Source: a virus (lineage: Duplodnaviria; Caudoviricetes). From it: DNA of 59,431 nucleotides. Location of the stretch: the IMG/VR virus record IMGVR_UViG_3300014962_000006, positions 1 to 59,431 of that record, one strand, 5' to 3'. Positions 40,806 through 49,224 of this stretch are shown in pieces (positions within the stretch are counted from its first letter, which is position 1; every line of letters begins with the position of its first letter). The translations under genes were made by a program, and so were the position numbers. The notes beneath the pieces were generated by a model that saw only the letters and a list, made by a program, of their open reading frames with translations, was not told the origin of the DNA and did no database searches.

Positions 40806-41435
40806 TTAGCCCCCACTTTCAATAATTCTGATATCGCAGGGGCCGTCTACTGCAGTTGCGTATAGTTCCACACCGGCTTGGATATCCAAGCCAAGGGCAT
40901 CCTTAGGTCCGATGGGCCAACCTTTTCCAGGCTGGGCTTTAGCTATGGTCTCCCCCACATAGATTATTCCGGATGTAGACCAGTTTTTCAACGCAATCGC
41001 ATTTCGGTCTACTAGTGAAGCGGGAACGAGAAGGGATACCACGCTATTGACAGTTTTTTGACTAAACTTGAGCGAGGCCCCACCCAAGATGCGGGTATCG
41101 GAGGAACCGGTGGATACTGCTCGAGCAGACAACTCAAAGTTGCAGGCAGCGGTATGAGTCACTTTGATGCGGAGTCGGGTGGGAACAGTACCAGTTCTCT
41201 TTTGCAAAATTTCTAGGGTAGGGGCATTGACTACAGGAAAGGAGAGGATGAAGACTTCCTTATTATCACTATCAAGGATGCCATAGACTTCCACTGTGAT
41301 ATTGCCGGAAGTGGAATTCACCCAAAGGAGGAAGAGAGCAGCGTCTGACTGAACAGAAATATCCTTAGTAATGACACCGGCTGCTACTGGTGCTGATTGG
41401 AGTACAACTTCTTGTAATCCTGTTTTGAGCAGCAA
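40806..41435 (-). CDS. virion structural protein
   Basis: R.AIALKN....IYVG......GWPI beta-sandwich pattern; TTG start with SD GGAG. Confidence 0.55.
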   Translation of the reverse strand: MLLKTGLQEVVLQSAPVAAGVITKDISVQSDAALFLLWVNSTSGNITVEVYGILDSDNKEVFILSFPVVNAPTLEILQKRTGTVPTRLRIKVTHTAACNFELSARAVSTGSSDTRILGGASLKFSQKTVNSVVSLLVPASLVDRNAIALKNWSTSGIIYVGETIAKAQPGKGWPIGPKDALGLDIQAGVELYATAVDGPCDIRIIESGG

Positions 41436-41446
41436 TGTTATTACTC

Positions 41447-41986
41447 CTACCCGTTGGGGGACTCCGTAGTCTCATCTAATGTATCAGGCTGGGAAGGGGT
41501 TGTCAATGGTTCGGGAGATGATAAGTACCGGAGATTGCGACGGACGTAGTCCTCAAGCTCGGAGCGGGAGAGGGCCTCAAGTCTGGTAGCTGGGGAATCC
41601 TCAATCTTTTTGGGCATCTTGCTAGCCGCCTCGAGAACGAGTTTGGCAGATGCTACTTTAGCAGATGCATTAGCATCGGGGTCAGAGAGGACCTGCTCTA
41701 GGGAATCGAGAGCGATATCGGCAAGATACTCTAACCTCTCCCTAAACTCCTCCCTATTTTGGAACCACTCTTGGAAGCCGGGAAGGGTCCACCACTTAGA
41801 TAGTCTCTTGTCAGAGCTTATTTGTTGGACAGAGGCTAGGGTTACTGAATCAGAGGAGAGGCTGGTGGGGGCATCCGCGAAGCGGGACCAGAAGGCGGCT
41901 TTGGCTCGACGCATGTCCGGAGTAGGGGAAAAGGTCAAGTCAGTGGAAGCAGCAGCTAGTATCTTATTAATGTCCTTCAAGCTCAT
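41447..41986 (-). CDS. putative terminase small subunit
   Basis: Helical; ASAKVASAKLVLE and LSRSELE patterns; first late gene; start refined to MSLKDI. Confidence 0.55.
   Translation of the reverse strand: MSLKDINKILAAASTDLTFSPTPDMRRAKAAFWSRFADAPTSLSSDSVTLASVQQISSDKRLSKWWTLPGFQEWFQNREEFRERLEYLADIALDSLEQVLSDPDANASAKVASAKLVLEAASKMPKKIEDSPATRLEALSRSELEDYVRRNLRYLSSPEPLTTPSQPDTLDETTESPNG
41478..41506 (-). promoter_or_regulatory. sigma70 promoter
   Basis: TTGACA-N17-TACATT inside the 3' end of the TerS-like gene. Confidence 0.65.
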
Positions 41987-42049
41987 CTTATACTCTAGTC
42001 CGTATGGAGTAATAGCATGTAGTAATGATACTATAGCATAGAGCATATA

Positions 42050-42530
42050 GCCACTACCACTACTAAGTTACTATTTAGTACTTAGTAGCTACTTTACTTA
42101 GTAGCTTCGTGTCACGTAGCAGCTTGGACACAGCTGCGATATGCTCCTGTCTTAGTGACACTTCGGTACCTTCTACTACTCATCATTATACCCAGTAGAT
42201 GAGTAACGAGTAGTAAGCGCGGAACTGGCCAGGTGGCCAACTTGCCGGGAGCTATTCAGTGTTACTTGTTGCTAGCTAAGACTGGGATGCCCACCATCTT
42301 TTTACTCCCCCGTGTCCGGGGTCGCTCCTGAATCGAAGGGGGGCGGTGAAAGAATCACTAACCACACCCAACCAGTTTCTTAGTTCGCTCTAGGTAACTG
42401 TCTCGAATTATTGGTCCAGTTCTTGCCTGCAGGCTCGGTACTCTCAGTTCGTTACTGACTCAACAGTGATTCTTCGCCCGGTAGCTTGGATTCCGGATAA
42501 CCCGTTACGGTAGCAGTAAACTGCCGCTTC
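42050..42530 (-). ncRNA. candidate long structured RNA/leader
   Basis: No ORF of 60 aa or more; many nested inverted repeats; downstream of a sigma70 promoter. Confidence 0.4.
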
Positions 42531-42533
42531 TTC

Positions 42534-42563
42534 ATTGTATCATGACCGTAACGGGCGTGTCAA
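42534..42563 (-). promoter_or_regulatory. sigma70 promoter
   Basis: TTGACA-N18-TACAAT with extended TG. Confidence 0.7.
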
Positions 42564-42593
42564 TATGTTGTCTGGCTGTCAACGTACTGGGGA

Positions 42594-43193
42594 CTAGAGG
42601 GTCTCCCTACCGCTCTTTTCGAGGAAGACCTTAGCAATCTTTAGTACATGAACTATGAATTCGGACTTGTCCATGGCCATTTTCATCTTATTGCAGGTAC
42701 CGCAGCAGGGGGTAACATTCCCAGCAACGTAGCCAAGTGAGGAGTCAACCCTATCAATTCCGTTCATTGTCGTTTTGATAGTTTTACCCCGCTTAGAAAA
42801 CCTCCCCTCATATATCCTGGGTGGGGCATCGCAATAAGTACAGTCTTTCTTTACTAATTTCAGGAACTCCTCAGGGGAGAGTCTCCACTCGATGCCCCGT
42901 TTCACGGCCGATTTGATGTAGCGGAGGTGCTGCAATCTCATAGCTTTAGTCCACCCTCTAAGCTTTGCTCCAGTAGTAGCAGCTTCGCTAAGCATTTCAG
43001 TATGATACTGACAGTCACCGCAGGACTTAATTTTACCGCCAGCCGCGTCGGAACCCCTCACTTCCTTGATTTTCCCACAGTCACATTTAGCCATCCAATA
43101 CACTCCCTTACCAGAACCACCACTCCTGGTGGGGTAGAGTAACGTAAGATGGTAGTATTTCTGACCTTTGTGGTCCCTTCGTCGCGCAGCCAT
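42594..43193 (-). CDS. HNH-like endonuclease
   Basis: W..KCDCG, KSCG, CTYC, NGIDRVDSSLGYVAGNVTPCCGTCNKMK. Confidence 0.85.
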   Translation of the reverse strand: MAARRRDHKGQKYYHLTLLYPTRSGGSGKGVYWMAKCDCGKIKEVRGSDAAGGKIKSCGDCQYHTEMLSEAATTGAKLRGWTKAMRLQHLRYIKSAVKRGIEWRLSPEEFLKLVKKDCTYCDAPPRIYEGRFSKRGKTIKTTMNGIDRVDSSLGYVAGNVTPCCGTCNKMKMAMDKSEFIVHVLKIAKVFLEKSGRETL

Positions 43194-43210
43194 AACTGTC
43201 CTCCAAGTAT

Positions 43211-43239
43211 AGAATATCATAGTGGGAAATGAGGGTCAA
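43211..43239 (-). promoter_or_regulatory. sigma70 promoter
   Basis: TTGACC-N17-TATTCT. Confidence 0.6.
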
Positions 43240-43635
43240 GTGGGTGGGGGCTTCATCGGGCGTAAGCCCGTGTGTGGAGTGGTAAATTCTTGGTCCGGGG
43301 GCGGGGGGCGTCGGCACTTGTCGCCATTCTAATGGCTCATCCTTCTTGTTGGTGGTGATAGAAGGTGGGGGAAATGAACAACTTCGCCCACGACCAATCA
43401 ACGGGTTACAGCGCAAGCGGTAGCTTGACCCAAAAAGAAAGCGGCACAATTGGCTCCGGTTGAGTTTGCCGGGGGTACCCCATGGGTAGATACCCCGCTG
43501 AAATGGGCGAAAGGGACACGAAATGTCCGTTACGGGTAGCTAGAATTGGTGACCATATCCTTAATAGCACCTTCGGTGGTTTGAGCCATACCGGCGACTG
43601 AGGCAAGGGGACAAAAAATAATTTTTGAAGTCCAC

Positions 43636-43662
43636 TAAAGTTTTTTTGTGAGATGCCGATAC
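43636..43662 (+). promoter_or_regulatory. sigma28 (FliA) promoter, first of the early arm
   Basis: cTAAAGTTT, TAAA-N15-GCCGATAC; A/T tract upstream. Confidence 0.8.
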
Positions 43663-43710
43663 AGGTGTTATAAACAACGGCCTGGTGGCCAAAGATGAGG
43701 AACAACAACC

Positions 43711-44103
43711 ATGGCATATAACCCCTACTCAATTACCCTCCTAAAATGGGAGGACATCGCGACTGCCGAGTCTTCCGAATTCGGTGAGTACGAGAGAACG
43801 GGCGAGGACATGAGGGAATTAACCTATAACTGGGACCTGACTGGACTACTTCAAGCGGCCGACCAATTCGTTTGGTGGATAAGTCAGCACGTTGGACCCC
43901 ATGAGCGGCCGTCACTGGACGCCCGTTTGCGGTTTGATTACGCGTGGGAGACCGTCTATGGCGAAGATGGCGTTGAAAACTATACCAACGGAGAGACCGC
44001 CTATACCAGAGTTACGGTTTTGTTTCCCGAGGGCTTCACTGACCGCGGTCGTTTAGCTTTCAATGCGGCCGTCGAGAGAGCGCTTAATAAACTGGCCAAA
44101 TAA
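43711..44103 (+). CDS. early hypothetical protein
   Basis: SD GAGGA; first gene after the sigma28 promoter. Confidence 0.75.
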   Translation: MAYNPYSITLLKWEDIATAESSEFGEYERTGEDMRELTYNWDLTGLLQAADQFVWWISQHVGPHERPSLDARLRFDYAWETVYGEDGVENYTNGETAYTRVTVLFPEGFTDRGRLAFNAAVERALNKLAK

Positions 44104-44161
44104 ATAATTTAACCGGGCCCCTCGGGGCCCCTAGTGAAACTTTTGTAACAAAGGAGTTATT

Positions 44162-44359
44162 ATGCTTTTTTCTTTTTTAATAAGCAATGAGGACCAAACG
44201 GTCTTCAGAAATGAGGTCACGGGCCTCATTCTCACAGCAAGCGCCAGAGACTTGTTATTATGGGGCTCCGAAGGGCGGTACTGCGGTACTGTCGTCAAAT
44301 GGAGCCAGTATTATGTTGGTTCTAAACCGTTTATTCACGTGACGGAGGTTGTGTCATGA
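44162..44359 (+). CDS. early hypothetical protein
   Basis: SD AAGGAG. Confidence 0.65.
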   Translation: MLFSFLISNEDQTVFRNEVTGLILTASARDLLLWGSEGRYCGTVVKWSQYYVGSKPFIHVTEVVS

Positions 44360-44505
44360 CCCCAGTGCAAGAAATAACGCACCTAATAGGTGCAATAGAC
44401 CGTCTACGGTCTGAGGCTGATAGCGGTGAAGCGCTGGAGCGCTTGAGAACCCTGGAATTGTGTTTAATTGAGGCGGCCCGCCGCCTCGGACAGGAGGCCG
44501 TATGA
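44356..44505 (+). CDS. early hypothetical protein (49 aa, not in track)
   Basis: SD GGAGG; ATGA overlap; MTPVQEITHLIG... Confidence 0.6.
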   Translation: MTPVQEITHLIGAIDRLRSEADSGEALERLRTLELCLIEAARRLGQEAV

Positions 44506-44591
44506 TAATATTCATACTTCTCTATCTATCCCTAATTATTCTTTCACCGTTCCTGATTGTTGCCCTAGTGACTAGGGCATTGAGCTAAAAC

Positions 44592-44629
44592 AAAAACCGG
44601 CCGGGCCCATTGCGGCCCGGTTTCTTTTT
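44592..44629 (+). terminator. intrinsic (possibly bidirectional) terminator
   Basis: CCGGGCC-CATTGC-GGCCCGG then TTTCTTTTT; A-tract on the left. Confidence 0.7.
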
Positions 44630-44657
44630 AGTGGAACTAAGCCAATGCACACCCCTG

Positions 44658-44733
44658 TCACATCACACCGACGATGCGTCACACCGCTATCACATCACAC
44701 CGACGATGCGTCACACCGCTATCACGTCACACC
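44658..44733. repeat. 32-bp tandem repeat, 2.4 copies
   Basis: TCACATCACACCGACGATGCGTCACACCGCTA x2 plus TCACGTCACACC. Confidence 0.9.
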
Positions 44734-44871
44734 CCCGTCACCTATTTTCTTTTCACCGCCCAAAGCCTGAACAGGTAAAGGCGGCAAAGGACAGTGATAA
44801 CTGCCCGATACAACAGGTAAAGGCCGATGGCATGATAGATGCAATATAAATAGCAATAAGAGGAGAGACGT

Positions 44872-45084
44872 ATGGAAACTTTCTACCAATTTCTCGAGGA
44901 CAATCATTATTTTTGGGATAGGAAAGACCAGAACCACATATGGGTAGCCTTAAATGGCTACCGTTGCTATGACGATAGGCGCACATCGCTTGAGGCTGCT
45001 GCTAAACAGGTAAAGGCGGTTCTTGTCGGAGAAGATTTCGATTCCCATTCCGGCAAAACGTTTTATGTCTTTAAACATAAATGA
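44872..45084 (+). CDS. early hypothetical protein
   Basis: SD AGGAG. Confidence 0.65.
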   Translation: METFYQFLEDNHYFWDRKDQNHIWVALNGYRCYDDRRTSLEAAAKQVKAVLVGEDFDSHSGKTFYVFKHK

Positions 45085-45094
45085 GGTAAAGACC

Positions 45095-45259
45095 ATGAGC
45101 ATCAAATATAAATTGGACCTTAGTAAATACAATTTGGTGGAGCTCGAGTGCTTCCTCGAGGAAGGCATCATCACCGTTGATGAACTTGATAGCGAGGTAA
45201 AGGCGCGAGGCTTGACTCACGACTGGGTCACACCCCATGGTAGTAAAGTACAGCACTAA
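45095..45259 (+). CDS. early hypothetical protein
   Basis: SD GAGG; start refined. Confidence 0.6.
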   Translation: MSIKYKLDLSKYNLVELECFLEEGIITVDELDSEVKARGLTHDWVTPHGSKVQH

Positions 45260-45299
45260 TCGTCAAGGGCACTTTAGTGCCCGATACAGGAGACCCATT

Positions 45300-45527
45300 A
45301 TGCTCTTTTCTATCAGGTATGGTATGACAGGTAAAAGCCGGGAATGTGAAGCAGAAGTTTGCTATCGGACGGGTACCCTAGTTTCCGGCTACTGGCTCGA
45401 TGATGACTCTGAAATGACGGACGAGGACCTCCTGATGGTAGAAGAGGCCTTCGAGTATGAACTACGGGAAGAGGCCATCGGCTACCGAGCTGAAGAGGCT
45501 TACGACAGGTGGAAGGACGGAGAATGA
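45300..45527 (+). CDS. early acidic hypothetical protein
   Basis: SD AGGAG; start refined. Confidence 0.65.
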   Translation: MLFSIRYGMTGKSRECEAEVCYRTGTLVSGYWLDDDSEMTDEDLLMVEEAFEYELREEAIGYRAEEAYDRWKDGE

Positions 45528-45567
45528 TTGGGTACTTTGTTGAAGTAAAAAAGTTGCAAAATAGTAC

Positions 45568-45594
45568 TAAAGATTTTTTACGTTCGTCCGATAA
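45568..45594 (+). promoter_or_regulatory. sigma28 (FliA) promoter
   Basis: TAAA-N15-TCCGATAA; nearly identical to 50936. Confidence 0.8.
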
Positions 45595-45800
45595 GTAAGT
45601 TATAAGACGCGGACAGGATGCCGCACCAAGCTCCAAATATACTCCAGTTTAGCTACGTTAGGACAAATTGTCAAGGACACGTAAGTGTCCGCTACAAGTC
45701 AAGGCTTACCACCACAACGCTATGGACGGCGTTCCTCCCTTGACACTACCCAGTAATCAACGCCATACCTTTGTATGGTATCACAATAGGAGACCCCGAT

Positions 45801-46130
45801 ATGAGCACGATTTACAACAAGGCAGTGAAACTCTTCAAAGTGAGACCCGAGTTACTCGAAGATGCCAAAGATGTCGTTAGTTTTTGGACCGAGGATGAGC
45901 TCGAAACTCAGTGCAATGACTTGCTTGACGAAACTTTACCTGAAGTAGTTATCGGTAACTATTCCTATTCCCCTTCTCGTGTCTTGGCTGAAGTTGACCC
46001 CATCGCTCACCGCCAAGAGGTACTAACATATATTGACAACATGGACGTGGTAGAAGTCAACGGACTTTACTTTGACCAAAATGAGATGGAAGATTTTATT
46101 GAACAACACACCACCAGCGAGGTTATATAA
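45801..46130 (+). CDS. early acidic hypothetical protein
   Basis: SD AGGAG; LDE..PEV.IG..SYSPSRVLAEVDPIA. Confidence 0.7.
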   Translation: MSTIYNKAVKLFKVRPELLEDAKDVVSFWTEDELETQCNDLLDETLPEVVIGNYSYSPSRVLAEVDPIAHRQEVLTYIDNMDVVEVNGLYFDQNEMEDFIEQHTTSEVI

Positions 46131-46131
46131 T

Positions 46132-46362
46132 ATGCGTCGTGAAACTGCCACAATAGCCGAAATTGATACCATCCTAGTTGGGAATACCCCCCACCACTTT
46201 GTGCAGGTATATTATACCAGCTCCGATAATAAATTATCGGGGTGGCTACGGTCTACCCAGCCCCACTACATTGGTGCCCTTGTTGAGGTAGCCTTCACCG
46301 AGAAGCAGGACAGATTAGGGAATAGTTACGAGCAACCCTCTATCGTGGGGGTAATCAGATGA
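46132..46362 (+). CDS. hypothetical protein
   Basis: SD GAGG; start refined. Confidence 0.6.
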   Translation: MRRETATIAEIDTILVGNTPHHFVQVYYTSSDNKLSGWLRSTQPHYIGALVEVAFTEKQDRLGNSYEQPSIVGVIR

Positions 46363-46679
46363 GCATCAGTACCATACTAATTACTGGTGGTGGACTTCTA
46401 CTCGGATACTTCTTTGGCAAGAATCTTTACATCCTCTACCGAGTCAAGAAGATACTAACTGAAGGCAAAAATGCCCGCTTTGAGATTGAATGGGCTAGCG
46501 GTGCGGTTACTTATCGGATACTCAAATACGCCGAGGAGAGACATTTACCGATGCTGTGTCGGATACTAGCCACAGTAACTATGAGACAAGACGGGGATAC
46601 CCTAGTATCTGACCAGGTAAAGGCCGTGAAGATTGTTCATAGAAACTGGCCGGACCAGGAAAAGAGTGCTGCGTTATGA
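46359..46679 (+). CDS. membrane-anchored hypothetical protein
   Basis: N-terminal TM helix. Confidence 0.6.
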   Translation: MSISTILITGGGLLLGYFFGKNLYILYRVKKILTEGKNARFEIEWASGAVTYRILKYAEERHLPMLCRILATVTMRQDGDTLVSDQVKAVKIVHRNWPDQEKSAAL

Positions 46680-46849
46680 AAACCGAAACCTTTTTTATGG
46701 ACAGTGAAGGGGATGCATTAAAGTTCGTGGCCAAATGTGCCGAGGAGGGGATAGAAGCGGCGTTGTTACCAGCCAAAAAAGAAGATGGCCGCTTAGTTTA
46801 CCCAGTCAAAGTAAAGTATCACTTCAAGAATGTGGCTAAGGAAGATTAA
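46676..46849 (+). CDS. hypothetical protein (57 aa, not in track)
   Basis: ATGA overlap; MKTETFFMDSEG... Confidence 0.55.
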   Translation: MKTETFFMDSEGDALKFVAKCAEEGIEAALLPAKKEDGRLVYPVKVKYHFKNVAKED

Positions 46850-46896
46850 CCCAGCGACAAAGGACAGCATAGCTGTCCGTTACAGGAGAACATGCC

Positions 46897-47115
46897 GTGA
46901 ACGACGTAATCGGATTTGACAATGTAGCTTACTTTGATTCAGCACAGGAACGTGAATGGTTCTTGGCCAATGTGGAAGGTATCCCCGCTGTGACGATGAC
47001 CAAATTACCCGCCATAACTCGAGACGATATCGAAATGTGGCCGTTGGTTATCGTCTTTGGGGAACCGACCGAGACCCCAATTGACTTACCACCCACTATC
47101 AACGTCCCATTTTGA
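46897..47115 (+). CDS. hypothetical protein
   Basis: GTG start, SD AGGAG directly after a hairpin element. Confidence 0.6.
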   Translation: MNDVIGFDNVAYFDSAQEREWFLANVEGIPAVTMTKLPAITRDDIEMWPLVIVFGEPTETPIDLPPTINVPF

Positions 47116-47126
47116 GAGGAGCTTTT

Positions 47127-47417
47127 ATGAGTAAGAGTGAAATCACTTCCAGTATCCAACTCGCAGCCCGGTTAACAGATGCCCTTTACCGGGAGGGAAT
47201 TGTCAACTCCGACAGCGCTCAAGCCCTGTTTGATGTCCTCGCCGACGCGCTCGAAAAAAGACCCGATGTGGTAGCTTCGGTTAGTGAGGACCTTACTACC
47301 CGGCAACAGGATATCGATGCCTCCTTCAGGGAAGTACTCAATCGACTCGACGAGCTAGAGCAAGACTATCTCCGTACCTATCACAAAACCATCGAGGTGC
47401 GTTCCAATGAAGACTGA
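47127..47417 (+). CDS. hypothetical coiled-coil protein
   Basis: SD AGGAG. Confidence 0.6.
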   Translation: MSKSEITSSIQLAARLTDALYREGIVNSDSAQALFDVLADALEKRPDVVASVSEDLTTRQQDIDASFREVLNRLDELEQDYLRTYHKTIEVRSNED

Positions 47418-47501
47418 GATGAATCCAACCAAGTTACTAAGGAAGAGACTTGTTTATAACTTAAGCGCCAGAATTAATAAGCTAAAAAAGGAGGGTAAAA
47501 T

Positions 47502-47879
47502 ATGAGCGACAATAAAAAAGACAATGTCATTCCCTTCATTAAGGAAAAAGAGACGAGAGCTATTATCAAGTTCCAGTTTAGTGAGGCGAGTAAGAGGAAA
47601 GTAAAGGAAACTCTAGACAATATTAACGCACAAATGGAAGACTTAAAGGAATCAGTAAGGAAGCAGAGGGAATACCTTTCAGGTACGGCACATGTTGAGA
47701 TGCTCGCCCCCGAGGAAAGGCGGGCCGAAGAGATGACCAGCACCCTCAATGAAAGTGAATTAGAAAAAGAGTACAGGAGAAAGCAAGATGAGATGCGGAA
47801 AAAAAGAGAAGAGAATAACCGGAGCGTTACTAGGTCTTATAATCTCCGCCATCCTTCTCGGGACGACAGGAAGAAGTGA
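47502..47879 (+). CDS. charged hypothetical protein
   Basis: SD GGAGG; DNVIPF N-terminus; N.SV.RSYNL C-terminus. Confidence 0.65.
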   Translation: MSDNKKDNVIPFIKEKETRAIIKFQFSEASKRKVKETLDNINAQMEDLKESVRKQREYLSGTAHVEMLAPEERRAEEMTSTLNESELEKEYRRKQDEMRKKREENNRSVTRSYNLRHPSRDDRKK

Positions 47880-48405
47880 GCCACTGGGTCCCCTCGCACC
47901 CGAATTAATGGCTTGGCATGATTGTGGGGTAACGCTGGCCAGCGACAAGGCTGTAAATCCTGAACAGGTAAAGGCCGCGATGTACGCTCTCGGTACGAGC
48001 AGCGTTGATACCTCGCCCCGCTTCTTGACCTTCGCTGCTACTGTTATCGCCGCCGAATCGGGTTTCAATCACCGAGCCGTTTCAGGCTCGGGTGCCTACG
48101 GCCTCATGCAAGTCACCCTCATAGGAGCAAAGGAGGCAGCCATCCAGTGCCGCCTTCCTTTTGCTCGGGGGGTTGAAGACAGTGTCCTCCTAGCGAGGCT
48201 AATGGATAGCCGAGCGAATGTCAAGTATGGAACCTGTCTCTTGAAGTATTATTTGGACCAAGTGAATGGGGACCGTACTTTAGCGTTAGTTCTTTATAAT
48301 GGGGGCTATGTCCAGTTGACACGCTTCCTCAATACCGGTACCTTATCTAAAGAGACAACGGAGTATGTCCTCCGTGTCAGTTCTTACCTTGGGAGATGTA
48401 GATGA
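47788..48405 (+). CDS. lytic transglycosylase (SLT domain), N-terminal membrane anchor
   Basis: IAAESGFN..AVS.SGAYGLMQV, NVKYGT.LL, AL..YNGG, ET.EYV. Confidence 0.9.
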   Translation: MRCGKKEKRITGALLGLIISAILLGTTGRSEPLGPLAPELMAWHDCGVTLASDKAVNPEQVKAAMYALGTSSVDTSPRFLTFAATVIAAESGFNHRAVSGSGAYGLMQVTLIGAKEAAIQCRLPFARGVEDSVLLARLMDSRANVKYGTCLLKYYLDQVNGDRTLALVLYNGGYVQLTRFLNTGTLSKETTEYVLRVSSYLGRCR

Positions 48406-49109
48406 AGTCTTTTATCCTCACTTTAATAGCGCTGTTTTGTAGCTCAACTGCTTTTTCAAAAGGGAAAGTTGAGTTTGACCCAGCTAGGACTATCCTCCTT
48501 AATGGAGTAATTAGTGGTGAAATATATGAGCCGATGGTAAATACTATGAAAGCTTTGGCCAAAGAAGGGGACACTATCAACATCATCATCTCCTCACCGG
48601 GTGGGGAAGTAGTTGCGGGCTCCCTCCTCATCGACAGAATGGAACAGATGAAATTGGCCGGTATCAAGTTCCGATGTGCAGTAAGGGATGTGGCTGCATC
48701 CATGGCATTCCAAATACTGCTACACTGTAACGAGCGGTATGCTACCCCTCATTCCTTTCTCCTCTGGCACCCAGTTAGAATATTTGCTCGTGGTGTGATG
48801 ACATCAGACATGGCGTATACTTTGGCTAGTCAATTAGCGGAAGCGGATGAGGTCGCATTGCACGACCTGAAAGCGTACCTGATTATGCCTGAAGCTGAGC
48901 TACTATGGCACTTCCGAAATGAGACACTCCACCAAGCTATCAACCTAATGCTCCTATCACCATCCTTCTTCAAGAAAGTAACGAATGATATCAATGGACT
49001 GTACTCATCTGATGTTGCCCTTGATACCTCTTCCCTCTCTTCCGGTTTCGGTATCAATCAAGTCATTTACATCCACGAGAGATTCCTATCACCGAAGAAG
49101 AATAAGTAG
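48402..49109 (+). CDS. ClpP/crotonase-like protease with signal peptide
   Basis: L.GVISG, IISSPGGEV, AASMAF (catalytic Ser), LLWH (His); N-terminal signal peptide. Confidence 0.8.
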   Translation: MKSFILTLIALFCSSTAFSKGKVEFDPARTILLNGVISGEIYEPMVNTMKALAKEGDTINIIISSPGGEVVAGSLLIDRMEQMKLAGIKFRCAVRDVAASMAFQILLHCNERYATPHSFLLWHPVRIFARGVMTSDMAYTLASQLAEADEVALHDLKAYLIMPEAELLWHFRNETLHQAINLMLLSPSFFKKVTNDINGLYSSDVALDTSSLSSGFGINQVIYIHERFLSPKKNK

Positions 49110-49224
49110 TAAGTAACAGGTACCTTGCGACAAAGGACACGCCGCTCTCATGGGGAGAGCGCCCTAAAGGGCTGACCGAAGGTCAGGCGACATCTCTGAT
49201 GCCCGTTACAGAAAGGAAAAGAAT

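Noticed and set aside
4366-42041. Numerous plus-strand ORFs opposite virion genes (e.g. 10641..11345, 25787..26494, 38157..38702)
   Set aside because: Antisense shadows of biased or repetitive coding sequence; no SD or recognisable motifs
44658-44733. CRISPR mini-array (a Cas4-like gene is present)
   Set aside because: Repeats are head-to-tail with no unique spacers; no cas1 or cas2; stand-alone Cas4-like nucleases are common in phages
45668-45880. 70-aa ORF in the structured leader
   Set aside because: TTG start, overlaps the better-supported gene at 45801, and the region is better explained as structured RNA
49127-49210. Hammerhead ribozyme
   Set aside because: CTGATG is present but the CUGAnGA and GAAA core is not correctly arranged
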